Positions 9,284 through 19,767 of a DNA stretch of 58,906 nucleotides are shown piece after piece. Source of the stretch: an uncultured Chloroflexia bacterium (lineage in GTDB: Bacteria > Chloroflexota > Anaerolineae > CG2-30-64-16); NCBI GenBank assembly GCA_963808455.1, contig CAWEHT010000216.1, forward strand, positions 1-58,906, in the 5' to 3' direction. A program made the translations under genes and the position numbers. Position 1 is the first letter of the stretch. Every line of letters begins with the position of its first letter. The notes under the pieces are model-generated. The model worked only from the letters and a program-made list of their open reading frames with translations, made no database searches and was not told the origin of the DNA.

Positions 9284-10390
9284 TTAAACCCGTGCCCGCT
9301 TTGCCCCATGGCACGCGGGGGCTGGCCGGGCGAGTTGTTCGTGCAAGACCTCCCGCATGATCTCTCTCATCATGTTGCTTCGGGACAGCGGCACGTGCCC
9401 CGCTCGGCGCTGCTCGGCCATGAAATCGAGCAACAGCCCGGCGACGTTTTCCTCCCAAGTATCCGCGTCCACCGTCTCGCCAAAGTCGGCGCGCAGCCAG
9501 ACGCGGGGGCCGGCTGCGCTAAGGTATCGCATTGCCCTGCTCAGCCAGACCCGATCATACGCGACGCCATCAGGCAGAGCCTCGGACAGGGCCGGATCAT
9601 CCTCCAGTGCGTGCGATGTCGTGTCGAGATAGCGGAACAGGTTAAGTTCAAGCAAAGTACCGGAAAACTCCTGAACGCTCCGCCGTGTAACGTCGGAAGA
9701 GCCGCGAACCGTGGACCATGCCAGCTTAATCGCCTCGATCAGTGTCTGCGTCTGGCCGTGATACGCCAGCGCCTGCATGACCCGGAAGAATTCCTCGCTC
9801 CTTCGGTCGGCGATCGTAGCCAGCTCCGCGAGCGGGCCGGCGATGCGGCCCCAGTCCTGGTCTGCCACAGCATCCAGGATCAAAGATTCCAGGATGAAAC
9901 CGCGCTCCTCGCGATAGACCTCGGGCAGCGCACCCTTCAGACGCTCAACCAGTGTTCTGAACTGAACACGAGCGGCCTCATCCTCGTGCGGCTTTGACAC
10001 CTCGCGAATCGACAGCAACATCTCAAACACGTCTTCGCCATCCAAGCGCCCTTCGTCCACACGTTGAAGGAAGATCGCCGTCTTCCCCTCGAGGTCGGCT
10101 GCTTCGTACTGGTCCCACTCGGCCTGCGCCGCAGCTTCCTCCGGCATAGGCTCGATCGCCTTCTGGGGCTCGCCCGTGGGGCGTGGTCCGGCCAGGCGGG
10201 ATCTGGGCCAAGGCGAGACAACCCGCGCCGCCGCGGCTGCCGCCTGATCCTGGCGCAGGTGGCAGTGCTTGTACTTCTTCCCGCTGCCGCACCAGCACGG
10301 CTCATTGCGGCCGGGTTTCTTGTCCGGTGGTGTGGTCATAGGCATCGCATCCATCTTGCATAAGTTCTGAACAGGCAAACTCGACCTCAT
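9284..10390 (-). CDS. SEC-C motif protein (N-terminal zinc knuckle, remainder unassigned)
   Basis: 368-aa ORF with [18 protein letters not shown] near the N-terminus. It is in the same frame as both the upstream (10412..12184) and downstream (8441..9220) ORFs. Confidence 0.6.
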   Translation of the reverse strand: MRSSLPVQNLCKMDAMPMTTPPDKKPGRNEPCWCGSGKKYKHCHLRQDQAAAAAARVVSPWPRSRLAGPRPTGEPQKAIEPMPEEAAAQAEWDQYEAADLEGKTAIFLQRVDEGRLDGEDVFEMLLSIREVSKPHEDEAARVQFRTLVERLKGALPEVYREERGFILESLILDAVADQDWGRIAGPLAELATIADRRSEEFFRVMQALAYHGQTQTLIEAIKLAWSTVRGSSDVTRRSVQEFSGTLLELNLFRYLDTTSHALEDDPALSEALPDGVAYDRVWLSRAMRYLSAAGPRVWLRADFGETVDADTWEENVAGLLLDFMAEQRRAGHVPLSRSNMMREIMREVLHEQLARPAPACHGAKRARV

Positions 10391-10411
10391 CCGTGTTGGC
10401 GCGGATCTGGA

Positions 10412-12184
10412 TCAAACCCTGTTCGTCCTGGCGATGGCCACCTTCAACTGGTCTTGAAAGTTGCGATGGCGCGGGAACTGCTCGCACACCTCGGCCAAGA
10501 CTCTGTCTGCTTCTTGCTCCTGGCCGCGTCTCCGCAGCGCTTCAACGCACGCGAGCGTCAAAGTCGCCGCCTTGGCGTAGCTGCCCCGGTGCTGATTGCC
10601 GACAATGGCGGCCACCCGCTTTCGGGTGATCTCGACGCACCAGGACTGGAATCTCACAGCCTGGTCGGTATCCAGGGTTACACGGGCCATCAGGACCCGG
10701 TAAGCGCGCTGCAAGCGGCCGCCGAGCGTGTTGCCCGGTATGCCGGTCGAGAAGCTTACGTGCGTCGTGTTTTCCAGGGCTTGCCGCCACACCTCGGCCA
10801 CGTTCGGGGGAAGCGCCTCGGCTGGCCGCGTGGCCAGCAGCGCGAGAAAGCAGGGGACGATCAGCCCTTGCGTGTTTTCACTGCGACTCCACCCCAGGAC
10901 CTCCTCGCGGCCGGCCAGGCTTTGTGCCTGCAGCCATTCCTGGGCCAGCAGATAAGCGTGGCCGAGGATCGACTTGCTGACCCAGGCGGGCCTGGCGAGG
11001 CCGTCCGGCTCATCAATCGCCTCCAGCCCGGTTTGGGATGGACGCGGTTGGGCCAGAGAGTCCACCAGATACTGAGCGGCCTCCCGCATGGCTTGCGTTT
11101 GCTCGGCCGGATCCGGCGCGACTTCCCACAGGTTGACGAGACGGTCGAGTGTTGGCTGCGCGGGAAACGCCTCCCGCCGGCCCCAGCGCACGGTTTCGGC
11201 ATCGCTCAACGTCGCTGCCGACGAACACAGGTAGTCGGCAATCTCCGCACGCACGGGAAGGCTTGCCGGCAGGGTTGCCAGCGCCAGCCTGGCCGCCGCG
11301 AGCACGTCGTAGGGTCTCTGTTCGGCAGCGAGGACCGCCAGCCAGTTGACGAAGGCGAACGGACGGGCGCGGCCTTCCGCACGTGCCAACTCCTCCAGGC
11401 CACGGGCTCCCTGCGTCAGGCGAATGGCCTCGCGCAGCCAGGTGTCGGCGTCGCGTCCGCTGTGCTGCCGGAGAAAGGCAATCCATTCCCGAAAGAAACG
11501 GTCCAATTCGGGCAGCGGCTTTGGCGATATCTGAATCACGTCATCCAACAGAACACGGGGCCCCGATAGCCAGGAACCGGTGTCCAGCAGCTCTTCGAAC
11601 ATGATTTCCGGACGCTGCGCAGCCGCCTCCGTCTCGTAGACCGCGCACAAATAGCGGGCCCGGGCTTCTCCCGCATCAACCGCGCTCAGGTCGTCGACGT
11701 GGATGGCGCGGCCATAATCGTCTTCCTGGTCCAGGGCTTCGGTGAACAGTTTCAGATAGGCCCGGCGTGCCAACGGCAGGTTGCCATAGTCGAAAGCAGC
11801 TTGAGCGCGGTCGAACAATGCGGTCAGAGGCTCCAGAAGTTCTGCATAAGGCCCTGGGCTGTCCTCGTCATCTGGAGAATTCCCATACCAATCATCATCG
11901 TAGTCTTCCTCCCCGGGCTCAGCCTCTGCTTGCGCGTCCTGGTACTCGGCGATCCAGTCGTCAATGTCTGCAAGCAAGTTATCATCCGACCCACCGCCTG
12001 ATGTCATGGCCGCGGCATCCGGCTCGACGTTTAGCCTGGCAAGGAACGCGCCTCGCCCGCTGGGTGGCGTATCGTGGGCCATGGCACGCAGGATCGCGGC
12101 CAGTTCGCCGGCCGAGCTCGTCGTGAGGCGTCGTTCCACGGCGTCCCAAAAGGCCTTCAAAGAAACATGATCTGTTACCATCAC
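10412..12184 (-). CDS. hypothetical protein (590 aa, acidic N-region, helical)
   Basis: Long ORF with coding-like composition and no recognised family. Its GTG start overlaps the SEC-C-frame stop of the upstream gene (GTGA at 12181-12184). Confidence 0.5.
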   Translation of the reverse strand: MMVTDHVSLKAFWDAVERRLTTSSAGELAAILRAMAHDTPPSGRGAFLARLNVEPDAAAMTSGGGSDDNLLADIDDWIAEYQDAQAEAEPGEEDYDDDWYGNSPDDEDSPGPYAELLEPLTALFDRAQAAFDYGNLPLARRAYLKLFTEALDQEDDYGRAIHVDDLSAVDAGEARARYLCAVYETEAAAQRPEIMFEELLDTGSWLSGPRVLLDDVIQISPKPLPELDRFFREWIAFLRQHSGRDADTWLREAIRLTQGARGLEELARAEGRARPFAFVNWLAVLAAEQRPYDVLAAARLALATLPASLPVRAEIADYLCSSAATLSDAETVRWGRREAFPAQPTLDRLVNLWEVAPDPAEQTQAMREAAQYLVDSLAQPRPSQTGLEAIDEPDGLARPAWVSKSILGHAYLLAQEWLQAQSLAGREEVLGWSRSENTQGLIVPCFLALLATRPAEALPPNVAEVWRQALENTTHVSFSTGIPGNTLGGRLQRAYRVLMARVTLDTDQAVRFQSWCVEITRKRVAAIVGNQHRGSYAKAATLTLACVEALRRRGQEQEADRVLAEVCEQFPRHRNFQDQLKVAIARTNRV

Positions 12185-13783
12185 CTGGCCCCCACTTGTT
12201 GCTTATCCGCCGCCAGGTGACAGCGTTTGTACTTTTTGCCGCTGCCGCACCAGCACGGATCGTTGCGACCGACCCCGGGGTGGTCGCCAGGCTTCGCGTT
12301 AGGCAGCGCAGCTCCCTGACGGGGTGATGGCGCGGGACTCTGCAGGCTCAAACTCAGGGATATTACCCTGTCTCAATTCGGCCAGGCTCTCAGCTGCCAC
12401 ATCAGCCAGTATCTGCTGCTCTTCGGCAGACAACTCGGGCCGATCGGCCAGGGCCTGCACTCGTGTCCAGCAGCGCATGGCCATGGGAACATCGTGCCGA
12501 AGCCCGGCCAGTTGGGCCATGTTGATCCAGACTTCGGGCTCATCCGGATCGAGATGCACGGCAAGCTCATATTCGGTGTCGGCCTCACCGTAGCGACCGA
12601 GGAACCGAAGCACATTGCCGAAGCCGATGTGCAAGGATACGTCGTCAGGTCGTCCAGCCAATTCTCGTTGATAGCGCTCGATCGCCTCCTGCGGGTGCAT
12701 TGGCCCCCAGCGGGTCGTAAAATGGATGAACTGCACTTGCTGGTCAGCGCGCAGGGCGCTGTTCGCCTGGCCGCCCGCGTGGGCGAGCAAACTGGCCATC
12801 AACCCGAAATAGCCCATGCCGCCCAACTGGTATTGATCGACCGCTCCGCATTTCGGGCAGACGACACGCTGCGGGATGATGAGGGGGTTATACTTGGCCG
12901 ACTTCTTCTTGTCTTCCGACGTGCCCAGATCGTAGTAGACCCTGGGGAAGATATGTTCGCGCTCCCGACCGCAAACCTGGCATTTCAGCATGAGCCTGAC
13001 GCCCGGCTCCTTACGCGGTTGGACATCCGCGAGATCGGTCGGAGGCCGCAGGCCGAGATCTCGCTCCACGTCCTCAAGACTGATCATCTGCGTATCCACG
13101 CGATCCTCCGCGAATGCGATACGGATCGCTTCGTATGCGGAAGTTGCCTTCAGGTCGGCGAGATCGCTGATGACGCTCGCCGTCAACGATTCCTCTGCGC
13201 TGTTGGCATCTGCTCCCGGACGAGCAAGGAATGTGGTCAACAGGCTGACAACCTCATCGTATGCTTCCGGGTGCGCCTCCACGATGGCCTGCAGGGAATG
13301 GGCCGCGCGGGCGCGGCCCCATTGACCGTGCGATGCGTCCGCTAGATACGCTTGCAGACGGGGAATGGCTGCGATGCCGATTGCTCCATAGAGCGATGGC
13401 AACTCCTCATCGTACCAGTCGCTGCTCCAGTCCATGCACGCGAGAAGCGGTTCGGCCGCTTCCTGAGGCGCGAGCAAAGTCAGGATGCGTAGCGCGTGGA
13501 TTGGCGCCCAGACCGCTGGATCTTTAGCGTCGCGGCGATTCAAACTCTCGTCCAGCACGATGCGGACCAAATCGGCGACGTTCTCTCGGAGCCGATCGGC
13601 CCACTCCTCGTAGGAGGCATCTTCGTCTGGCTCGCCGAGAGCGAGCAAGCCGGCCATCGGTCCAGGGTAGTGCGCCAACACCGGATCGTTTCCAGGTCTG
13701 CTAGATAGAGATTTGCCCACACACACCTCCTGACGCGATGGTTTACGACTCGCAATAACCACGCTCATGATATCATAACCCAA
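12181..13783 (-). CDS. HEAT/DUF1186-like + zinc-ribbon + TPR-like protein with C-terminal SEC-C motif (tail in +1 frame)
   Basis: The 494-aa ORF 12299..13783 carries ..[26 protein letters not shown].. (DUF1186-like, recalled from memory) and a CxxC..CxxC ribbon ([15 protein letters not shown]). The adjacent +1 frame encodes ..[31 protein letters not shown].. ending at 12181. The exact start is uncertain (13783, 13768 or an internal GTG). Confidence 0.55.
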
Positions 13784-13849
13784 AAGCCCTCTCCTTGACA
13801 GGGGCTTAGTTTACGATCTGTGGCCCTCCGGCCTCTAGTGCTGCGGTCC

Positions 13850-14137
13850 TCAAATGAAATGGACAAAAGCCCGGCGACGATGGCGATGTTTGCGTAGTGA
13901 TCGCCCCCAAACCCAAGGCCGGTCTCGGCGGTTTAGCTGCTGAGTTGCCGTCTCCGTCGCCTTGTTGATCTCATCACTATCGGCCAAGGTCTCACCGGCC
14001 AGTCCCTCCCGACGAAACAGGCGCCACCAACTCTGGATGAGCTTAAACCAGCTGGCTCCCTTGGGAACGAAGACCTGCTGCACCCGCGGATGCGCCGCTA
14101 GCCAGTCCTGAATCAGCTGGCTGGTGTGACTGGACAA
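13850..14137 (-). pseudogene. IS630-family transposase, C-terminal remnant
   Basis: ..DNLSSHTSQLIQDWLAAHPRVQQVFVPKGASWFKLIQSWWRLFRRE.. matches the DDE_3 C-terminal region. No N-terminal part and no IS ends were seen. Confidence 0.6.
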
Positions 14138-14145
14138 GTTGTCGC

Positions 14146-14484
14146 TTGACAGAGGATAGAAAGGTCATCGGCGACGACCTAAAGACCGCGCAGTACGGCT
14201 GGCCGCTCGGCATGCCTTTAATCCGTAAGCTGGAAACTGGTTTGTGGGAAGTACGATGCAGGCTCCAAGACCACATTCCGCGTGTCGTCTTCACTGTCGA
14301 AGGCGATACTATGGTCCTGCTGCACGGCTTCATCAAGAAGTCACAGATGACACCACTGCAAGACCTGCAACTGGCCAGACAGCGACTTCAATCCCTGGGC
14401 GAGGAATGTGCGGGGCATGATGAACAAAGAGCATTTGGGCAGCAGTCTGGACGATTTTCTGCACGAAGAAGGCCGGCTCGCTGA
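14146..14484 (+). pseudogene. RelE/ParE-superfamily (Gp49/HigB-like) toxin, 5'-truncated at the IS630 remnant
   Basis: ..WPLGMPLIRKLETGLWEVRCRLQDHIPRVVFTVEGDTMVLLHGFIKKSQMTPLQDLQLARQRL.. The usual ~20-25 N-terminal residues are missing, and upstream in-frame sequence is antisense to the IS630 fragment. Confidence 0.55.
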
Positions 14485-14701
14485 AGCGGAAGCCGTCGCG
14501 GCGAAGCGCGTGCTGGCCTTTCAGATTGCCAGATTGATGGAAGAACAGCAGTTAACCAAAGCGGAAATGGCGCGCCGTATGGGCACCAGCCGAGCGGCGG
14601 TAGACAGGTTGCTCGCTTCTGACACTGAATCGGCAACGCTTGCGACGCAAGAGAAAGCGGCCGCTGCGCTTGATCGCCGGCTGTACATTGCGCTGGTGTA
14701 G
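14408..14701 (+). CDS. HTH (XRE-like) antitoxin partner
   Basis: 97-aa ORF overlapping the toxin 3' end. HTH ..LTKAEMARRMGTSRAAVDRLL... The likely start is the MNKEHL.. ATG at 14420. Confidence 0.65.
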   Translation: MRGMMNKEHLGSSLDDFLHEEGRLAEAEAVAAKRVLAFQIARLMEEQQLTKAEMARRMGTSRAAVDRLLASDTESATLATQEKAAAALDRRLYIALV

Positions 14702-14813
14702 CCGCTTTCATCCCTCACGGTAACTATACGCCAGACCGTGCCGCCGCGCAGGTAGTTCCCCACAAACCGAGAACCTATTCTCTTTCAGGTCTTTAGGTGC
14801 CTTCGATCCTGAC

Positions 14814-15800
14814 TTAGACGTTCAGGCAATCAGCCCGGACGGGCCAAACGCTTCCTGTGGCAACTCTATGTTGGCCGAGTTCTCGCCCACCGACCAGCCG
14901 CTCGGCGTCGACGCGACCACCGGCGAGGCCGTACACGGCGACTCGCTCCTCCCAGGTGCGACTGCTGTTCTCTGCGATCAATGCGGTGATGGTCTCCATC
15001 CCCGTGATCATGTTGGCGGTCGTCCTGCTCATTAGCCGATGTGTTTCCTGGTCAGTTACCCGGCGTTGATTGAGCGGGTAGGCCCATGCCCGGCCCGCAT
15101 GGATGTCCTCGACAGACGATCCATTGCGCCATGCGGCACTGATGATGGCATTGGCGAGCACCCGGCTGGGTGCATCCTGTACCTGAGCCAGTTTTTCTGT
15201 TCCGCGACCAGTGCCTTGGCGTTCCGCCAGGATCTCAGCGGCGGTGGCGGGCTCAGCCAGGGCATGGAGGTAGGACAGTTCAGTGCTCGGCCGCGCTGAT
15301 TGTATGGGAAACGGTAGCTGTGCTGCCGCGCTAACAAGACGGTAGTAGCGGCCCTCGTTGCCCGTACGCATGATATCGATCCAGCGTGCCAGCGCGTAGG
15401 ACACCTCGATGTTGATGCGCTTCATCTCGCTGTCGCTGATGCGGCTGACCTGGCCATCACCCCAGCGGGGTTTCAGCCTAGCCGTCCCCATCATCGGCTT
15501 GTCGCTGTCCAAGAGTACGGCCAGGTAGGTCCCCCACCGGAGACAAGCCGCGACGGCTGACCGAGCCAGGTTTGTGATTGATATGACTGCGCGGCCGCTG
15601 TCGGGCATCGCTTCCAGATAACCCAGCACCTGATCGAACATCGTTACGGCGGGCGGATAAACCAACCGCCGCGTGGCATTGTCCCTCCGCACTTCCGTCC
15701 AGGTGCCTGCATCCAGCGTCAAGCATTCGTTGACGTGTACGTTCAGCGCGTTGCGAGTCATTGCCGCCTTTGCATATGGCCTTCGGTTGCTCGCGAGCAC
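14814..15800 (-). CDS. hypothetical protein
   Basis: 328-aa ORF with coding-like composition (likely start MTRNAL.. at 15761). No family recognised. Confidence 0.35.
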   Translation of the reverse strand: MLASNRRPYAKAAMTRNALNVHVNECLTLDAGTWTEVRRDNATRRLVYPPAVTMFDQVLGYLEAMPDSGRAVISITNLARSAVAACLRWGTYLAVLLDSDKPMMGTARLKPRWGDGQVSRISDSEMKRINIEVSYALARWIDIMRTGNEGRYYRLVSAAAQLPFPIQSARPSTELSYLHALAEPATAAEILAERQGTGRGTEKLAQVQDAPSRVLANAIISAAWRNGSSVEDIHAGRAWAYPLNQRRVTDQETHRLMSRTTANMITGMETITALIAENSSRTWEERVAVYGLAGGRVDAERLVGGRELGQHRVATGSVWPVRADCLNV

Positions 15801-16030
15801 GGCCTTTTGGGCCCGCGGCTACGTGCGGCCGGGGGATGCAGGATCAAGTTCTCCCTGGTCTTTGTCACGCGGCGGCCGCGCAGGTCGGCTGCTTCGCGCC
15901 TCGTGAGTATCGGCTGATGTGCACTGCTGCAGACCACCAGTGATTTCAGACACCGCCTTCGGCGGTCCAACCAGGTCGCACCCTTTCCGCCCTGGCCATG
16001 GCCTCTGACCACTTCTGGTCGCGAACGAAT

Positions 16031-16074
16031 CGGGCTCTACCATAGGGCACGGCCGTGCCCTGTGGTAGAGCCCG
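16031..16074. repeat. 44-bp near-perfect palindrome
   Basis: CGGGCTCTACCATAGGGCACGG | CCGTGCCCTGTGGTAGAGCCCG, 22-nt arms with one mismatch (A/G). It overlaps the stop of ORF 16037..16417. Confidence 0.8.
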
Positions 16075-16417
16075 CAAGTTCCACAAGGAAGACGTTATAA
16101 ACTTGGGGAAGTTTGTCGCGTTCATGCTTATCCGAAGCCGCGACTCGCACCGGCCCCCAAAGTGCGGCCTGCAAGCGAGGCAGGTCGCTTACAGACACTA
16201 CCCCCTGCCGTAGTATCTCCGCCAGAATGCCATCGCTTGTCACCTGGACGCGATAAGGCTGGATTTGCGAGCCCTCGCACTGCGATTTGAGCGTTGACCC
16301 GACAAGGCGCGGATTGCGAACGGCTCCATCGCTGAAGTAGCGTGAGCCATGTGCAAAGGATTCGTCTCCAGTCCAGCGCCGGATGTCGGTTTCCGTTAGT
16401 TCGGGCAAGTCAGGCAT
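16037..16417 (-). pseudogene. SWIM-type protein, N-terminal fragment only
   Basis: ..ESFAHGSRYFSDGAVRNPRLVGSTLKSQCEGSQIQPYRVQVT.. resembles the N-domain of bacterial SWIM zinc-finger proteins. The CxC..CxH finger is absent, and the last codons are the palindrome at 16031-16074. Confidence 0.4.
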
Positions 16418-16537
16418 GGTTATGGCCCTCTATCTACTTTGTTGACACCAGCGCGGCTAATTGCACTGGCATTCCGCCCTGGGTCAGACGACGCCATCAA
16501 TTTGCGTTGTGATGGCCGGGGCCAACTCGGACAGTCA

Positions 16538-17789
16538 TTAAGTCGCGGCCAGGCGACCCAGTAACTCGGCATACTTCTCGCTCAAGAAACGTTCATGCAT
16601 GCCCGGGCCCATAGCGGCTTCATAGACGGCTCGGGCAAGGTCATATCGCCCGAGCTTTTCCGCCATTTCAGACATGGTAGTAATGCGCTTCCATCCTCGC
16701 GTGCCCATGGCCCTGGCCAGGTCAACGAAACGCTCGAACAGGTGCTGCTCTGTGCATAGCATGCCAATCATGGTCAGAGCTTCTTCGGCCTGGTAAACCA
16801 GCTCGAAATGGCCCAATTCATGCCACTGCTCTTCCAGGATCTCGTCAACGAGGATGACCTCGGATGGGGCGAGTCCCCCAAAGAAAGCGGGCTTCTCTTC
16901 ATAGGTGAAACCGTAGTCTTCCCAGATCAGCCATTCGATCAGATCCTGAAAAAAGTCGGCCAGTGACATGCCCAGAGACGAACGATCGAACTCAATGTAC
17001 CGGATGAATATATCTTCTGTCAGGGCACCGATCACACCGTAGGAATCGTCCACCATGTCCATCTTTTCGACAACAACGGTCAGTAAGGCGCGGTAGAGAG
17101 CCAGCAGCTCTTCCCGAGACGCATTCAGCAGCGTTGCGCCGAAGCTTATTCGATAAGTGTCTCTCCAGACTCCACGACTCGCGCTCGCCGTAGTAGCCCG
17201 AAGTCTTGTAGAGACGTGCTATCTCCTCAGCATATCGTGCAGGTGACACGGGAAACCGGTCCCAGTAGCCACGCCGGGCGTGCATCTCGCGTTCCGCCCT
17301 GGGTGTATGCAGCATCCAGTAGCTTTTCTCGCGATCAGATGGTGTGGCTTCGAGAATCTGCTGCCTGGCTTTGGCTTCATGCTTCTTGATGTAGGCGGGA
17401 TCGATCGCGGCCAATATGTCATGAGCTGTCAGCCCAGATTCTTGCAGTGACTGTCGCAAGTGGCCCAGGTGGTTCAACATGCCTTCGGCCGCATAATGGC
17501 GGAATGAAAGACCGGATAGATCGTGGCGTAGACGCTCGATCAGCCTGTCCCATTCACCAGCGAAGTCCTCGATCAGAACAACCGCCATCCAAAAATCCCA
17601 GTAGCTGATCACCAGGTTTTGGCCTCCCGCCAATCCGGTGAGTTCCGCGCACACGTCATTGCCATACCGCCTGACCTGCCGAGACTGGGTTACCATGGCG
17701 TACTCTTTCCGCCGCACGAATGCCGCGAACCGAGTATCAATCGGAATCGAGACCCACTTCCCTCCAATTTTACCTCCATAGCTATTCAC
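16538..17789 (-). CDS. hypothetical protein, two overlapping ORFs probably one gene with a frame break near 17.1 kb
   Basis: ORF 16992..17789 degenerates into an Arg/Cys-rich tail. The frame of ORF 16538..17062 is open upstream (..SFGATLLNASREELLALYRALLTVVVEKMDMV..). The likely start is the ATG at 17696. Confidence 0.4.
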
Positions 17790-17946
17790 TCCTCAATCGC
17801 TGACATGTGACAATGCTCCGGGCCTGGCAACGGCGTGCTAACAGAAGACGGAACCGAGTCCATATTGAGGATCTGCTCAACTGCTGAGAGCCTGCTGGAG
17901 TATAATGGATTGAGTAATCAACCTGCTTCTCACAGAACTCGAAGGC

Positions 17947-19050
17947 TTGGACACACTTTCGGAGGCTGCCATGCGAAAGCAAGACCCACTGCAGGATTGG
18001 CTGCGCGTGCTCGTTCGACCTTCCCTGGCTGAGCGGAGCAAGATGCAGACCCAACTGACCCAGGAGCTGATTATCCTGAAACGATGGCTGGACACGGCTG
18101 CCACAAGGCGGCATGGCCAGATGAACGAGGTGATCGAACCTGGTTTCGGCACGTATTATGGCTTTGATCGGGCTGATTTCGCGCAGGCTCAAGCCCTTTA
18201 CCGGCGGGTGGTCGAGATGGGCGGCAAAGGCAACCAGTACGTTCAAGAACAGCTGCTTATCGCTCTGGCCGCCAGCGAGGATCCTGGGCTCATTCCATTC
18301 TGGCGCGACATGATCGATTTTCAGCCCCGCCCGCGTGATCAGTTCCTGGCCCGGCGTCGTACGTTGGCTCTGGCATCTTTGGCCTTGATGGCCATCCAGC
18401 AGAATGCCTCAGACGCCACGCTCGCACTGCGCAGCCTGACCCATCACGCCGAACCCGTCGTGCGTGCTGACGCGATTTACTACCTGGCTGCCGTTCAGCG
18501 GCGAGCAGAAGGCCATCTGCCAGTCGATATCGCGGGACAGATGGTGGATATCGCCATGCACGATTCGGCCTTTGCACCGCGATTCCAGGCGCGAGCCGTT
18601 TTGCGCCAGCATGGACTACCGGTGCCATTTGACTTCCCTGGCGGCGTATATGAATTGCGCGTGCAACTGGCCTCGGCGCAACGCACCCTTCTGGCTCGAT
18701 CCGAAAACACCTTGGAAGAACTGCATTTGGCCATCCAGGACGCTTTCGGCTGGGACGCCGATCACCTTTACTGCTTCTTCATGAACGGACAGGACGTCTT
18801 TGATGACTATCGGATCGCCAGCCCAGCCGAAGACGAAGGCCCCTACTGGGCTCAGCAGATACGACTTGGTGAGTTAGGCCTCGTGCTCGATCATCGGTTC
18901 ATCTACTATTTCGATTACGGAGACGGCAACCAGTTCCAGGTGGAAGTCACGAATATTTGCCTCCGTGCGAAGCGGGGGACGTATCCAAAGCTCATCGAGA
19001 GCCTGGGAGAGGCACCGGTACAGTATCGAGAATTAGAAGAAATAGCGTAA
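17947..19050 (+). CDS. HEAT-like repeat protein with C-terminal PRiA4_ORF3 domain
   Basis: 367-aa ORF. The C-terminus carries GVYELRVQL.., LEELHLAIQDAFGWDADHLYCFF, FIYYFDYGDGNQFQVEV, fitting the PF07929 pattern. Confidence 0.6.
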   Translation: MDTLSEAAMRKQDPLQDWLRVLVRPSLAERSKMQTQLTQELIILKRWLDTAATRRHGQMNEVIEPGFGTYYGFDRADFAQAQALYRRVVEMGGKGNQYVQEQLLIALAASEDPGLIPFWRDMIDFQPRPRDQFLARRRTLALASLALMAIQQNASDATLALRSLTHHAEPVVRADAIYYLAAVQRRAEGHLPVDIAGQMVDIAMHDSAFAPRFQARAVLRQHGLPVPFDFPGGVYELRVQLASAQRTLLARSENTLEELHLAIQDAFGWDADHLYCFFMNGQDVFDDYRIASPAEDEGPYWAQQIRLGELGLVLDHRFIYYFDYGDGNQFQVEVTNICLRAKRGTYPKLIESLGEAPVQYRELEEIA

Positions 19051-19198
19051 CAATGTGTGGATCAGGCTCGAATCTGGGAATGTGCGGGCAAGTGCAGGTA
19101 GATAGCACAGAAGACGCTTTAGGTTGCGGACTGGATCATGGATCCTTGACCTGGCGTGCGTCTCCAGTATCGTAAGCTGTTTCGGTCGATCACACTGG

Positions 19199-19739
19199 CT
19201 AAGAATCATGGCCCTCGGCCTGACCGGCAAATTCCCGCCGCGCCTGATCCAGGGCTGCGTCACACAATTGGTCGCTGATCCAGAGCCCTGGTTGACGTTT
19301 GATTTCGTGCATCTGCAACTCAAAATCACTCAGGGCAATAAATTGGCGTCGGAAAGCCTGTAGAAGGATACCGACGGTGCCCTTACATTTCAGCCCTACC
19401 GCGCGTGCTGCATTCCTGGCGTGCGCATTATCAATCAACACCCACTCGGCAGATTCACGGCGCGCCAAGGCCAAGGCTTCCAGCTCACCAGCGTCTATGC
19501 CCCATGCAAACAAGGCATCATCACTCCCAATCTCGATCCGTGTGCACCTGTACTTGGCCTTGCTCGATGAAGAACTGCACGACTTCGGCATCTGGCGCGC
19601 CGAGGCGCATGCCGTTCAAGACGACTTCCTGATAGACCTCACTTGGTATCAATACACGCCCATACAATTGACCTAGCACCCCAAGTCGCCCCAGCTTTGC
19701 AAGGGCAATCAGAGGTCCAGCATTACTGACAACCGTCAC
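19199..19739 (-). CDS. DUF3368-type PIN-like nuclease (toxin candidate), frame break near 19.54 kb
   Basis: VTVVSNAGPLIALAKLGRLGVLGQLYGRVLIPSEVYQEV.. (ORF 19521..19802) continues as ..IEIGSDDALFAWGIDAGELEALALARRESAEWVLIDNAHARNAARAVGLKCKGTVGILLQAF.. (ORF 19199..19591). GTG start at 19739. Confidence 0.6.
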
Positions 19740-19767
19740 GCCAGTTCCTCTCGCAGAGTTTCGTTGT

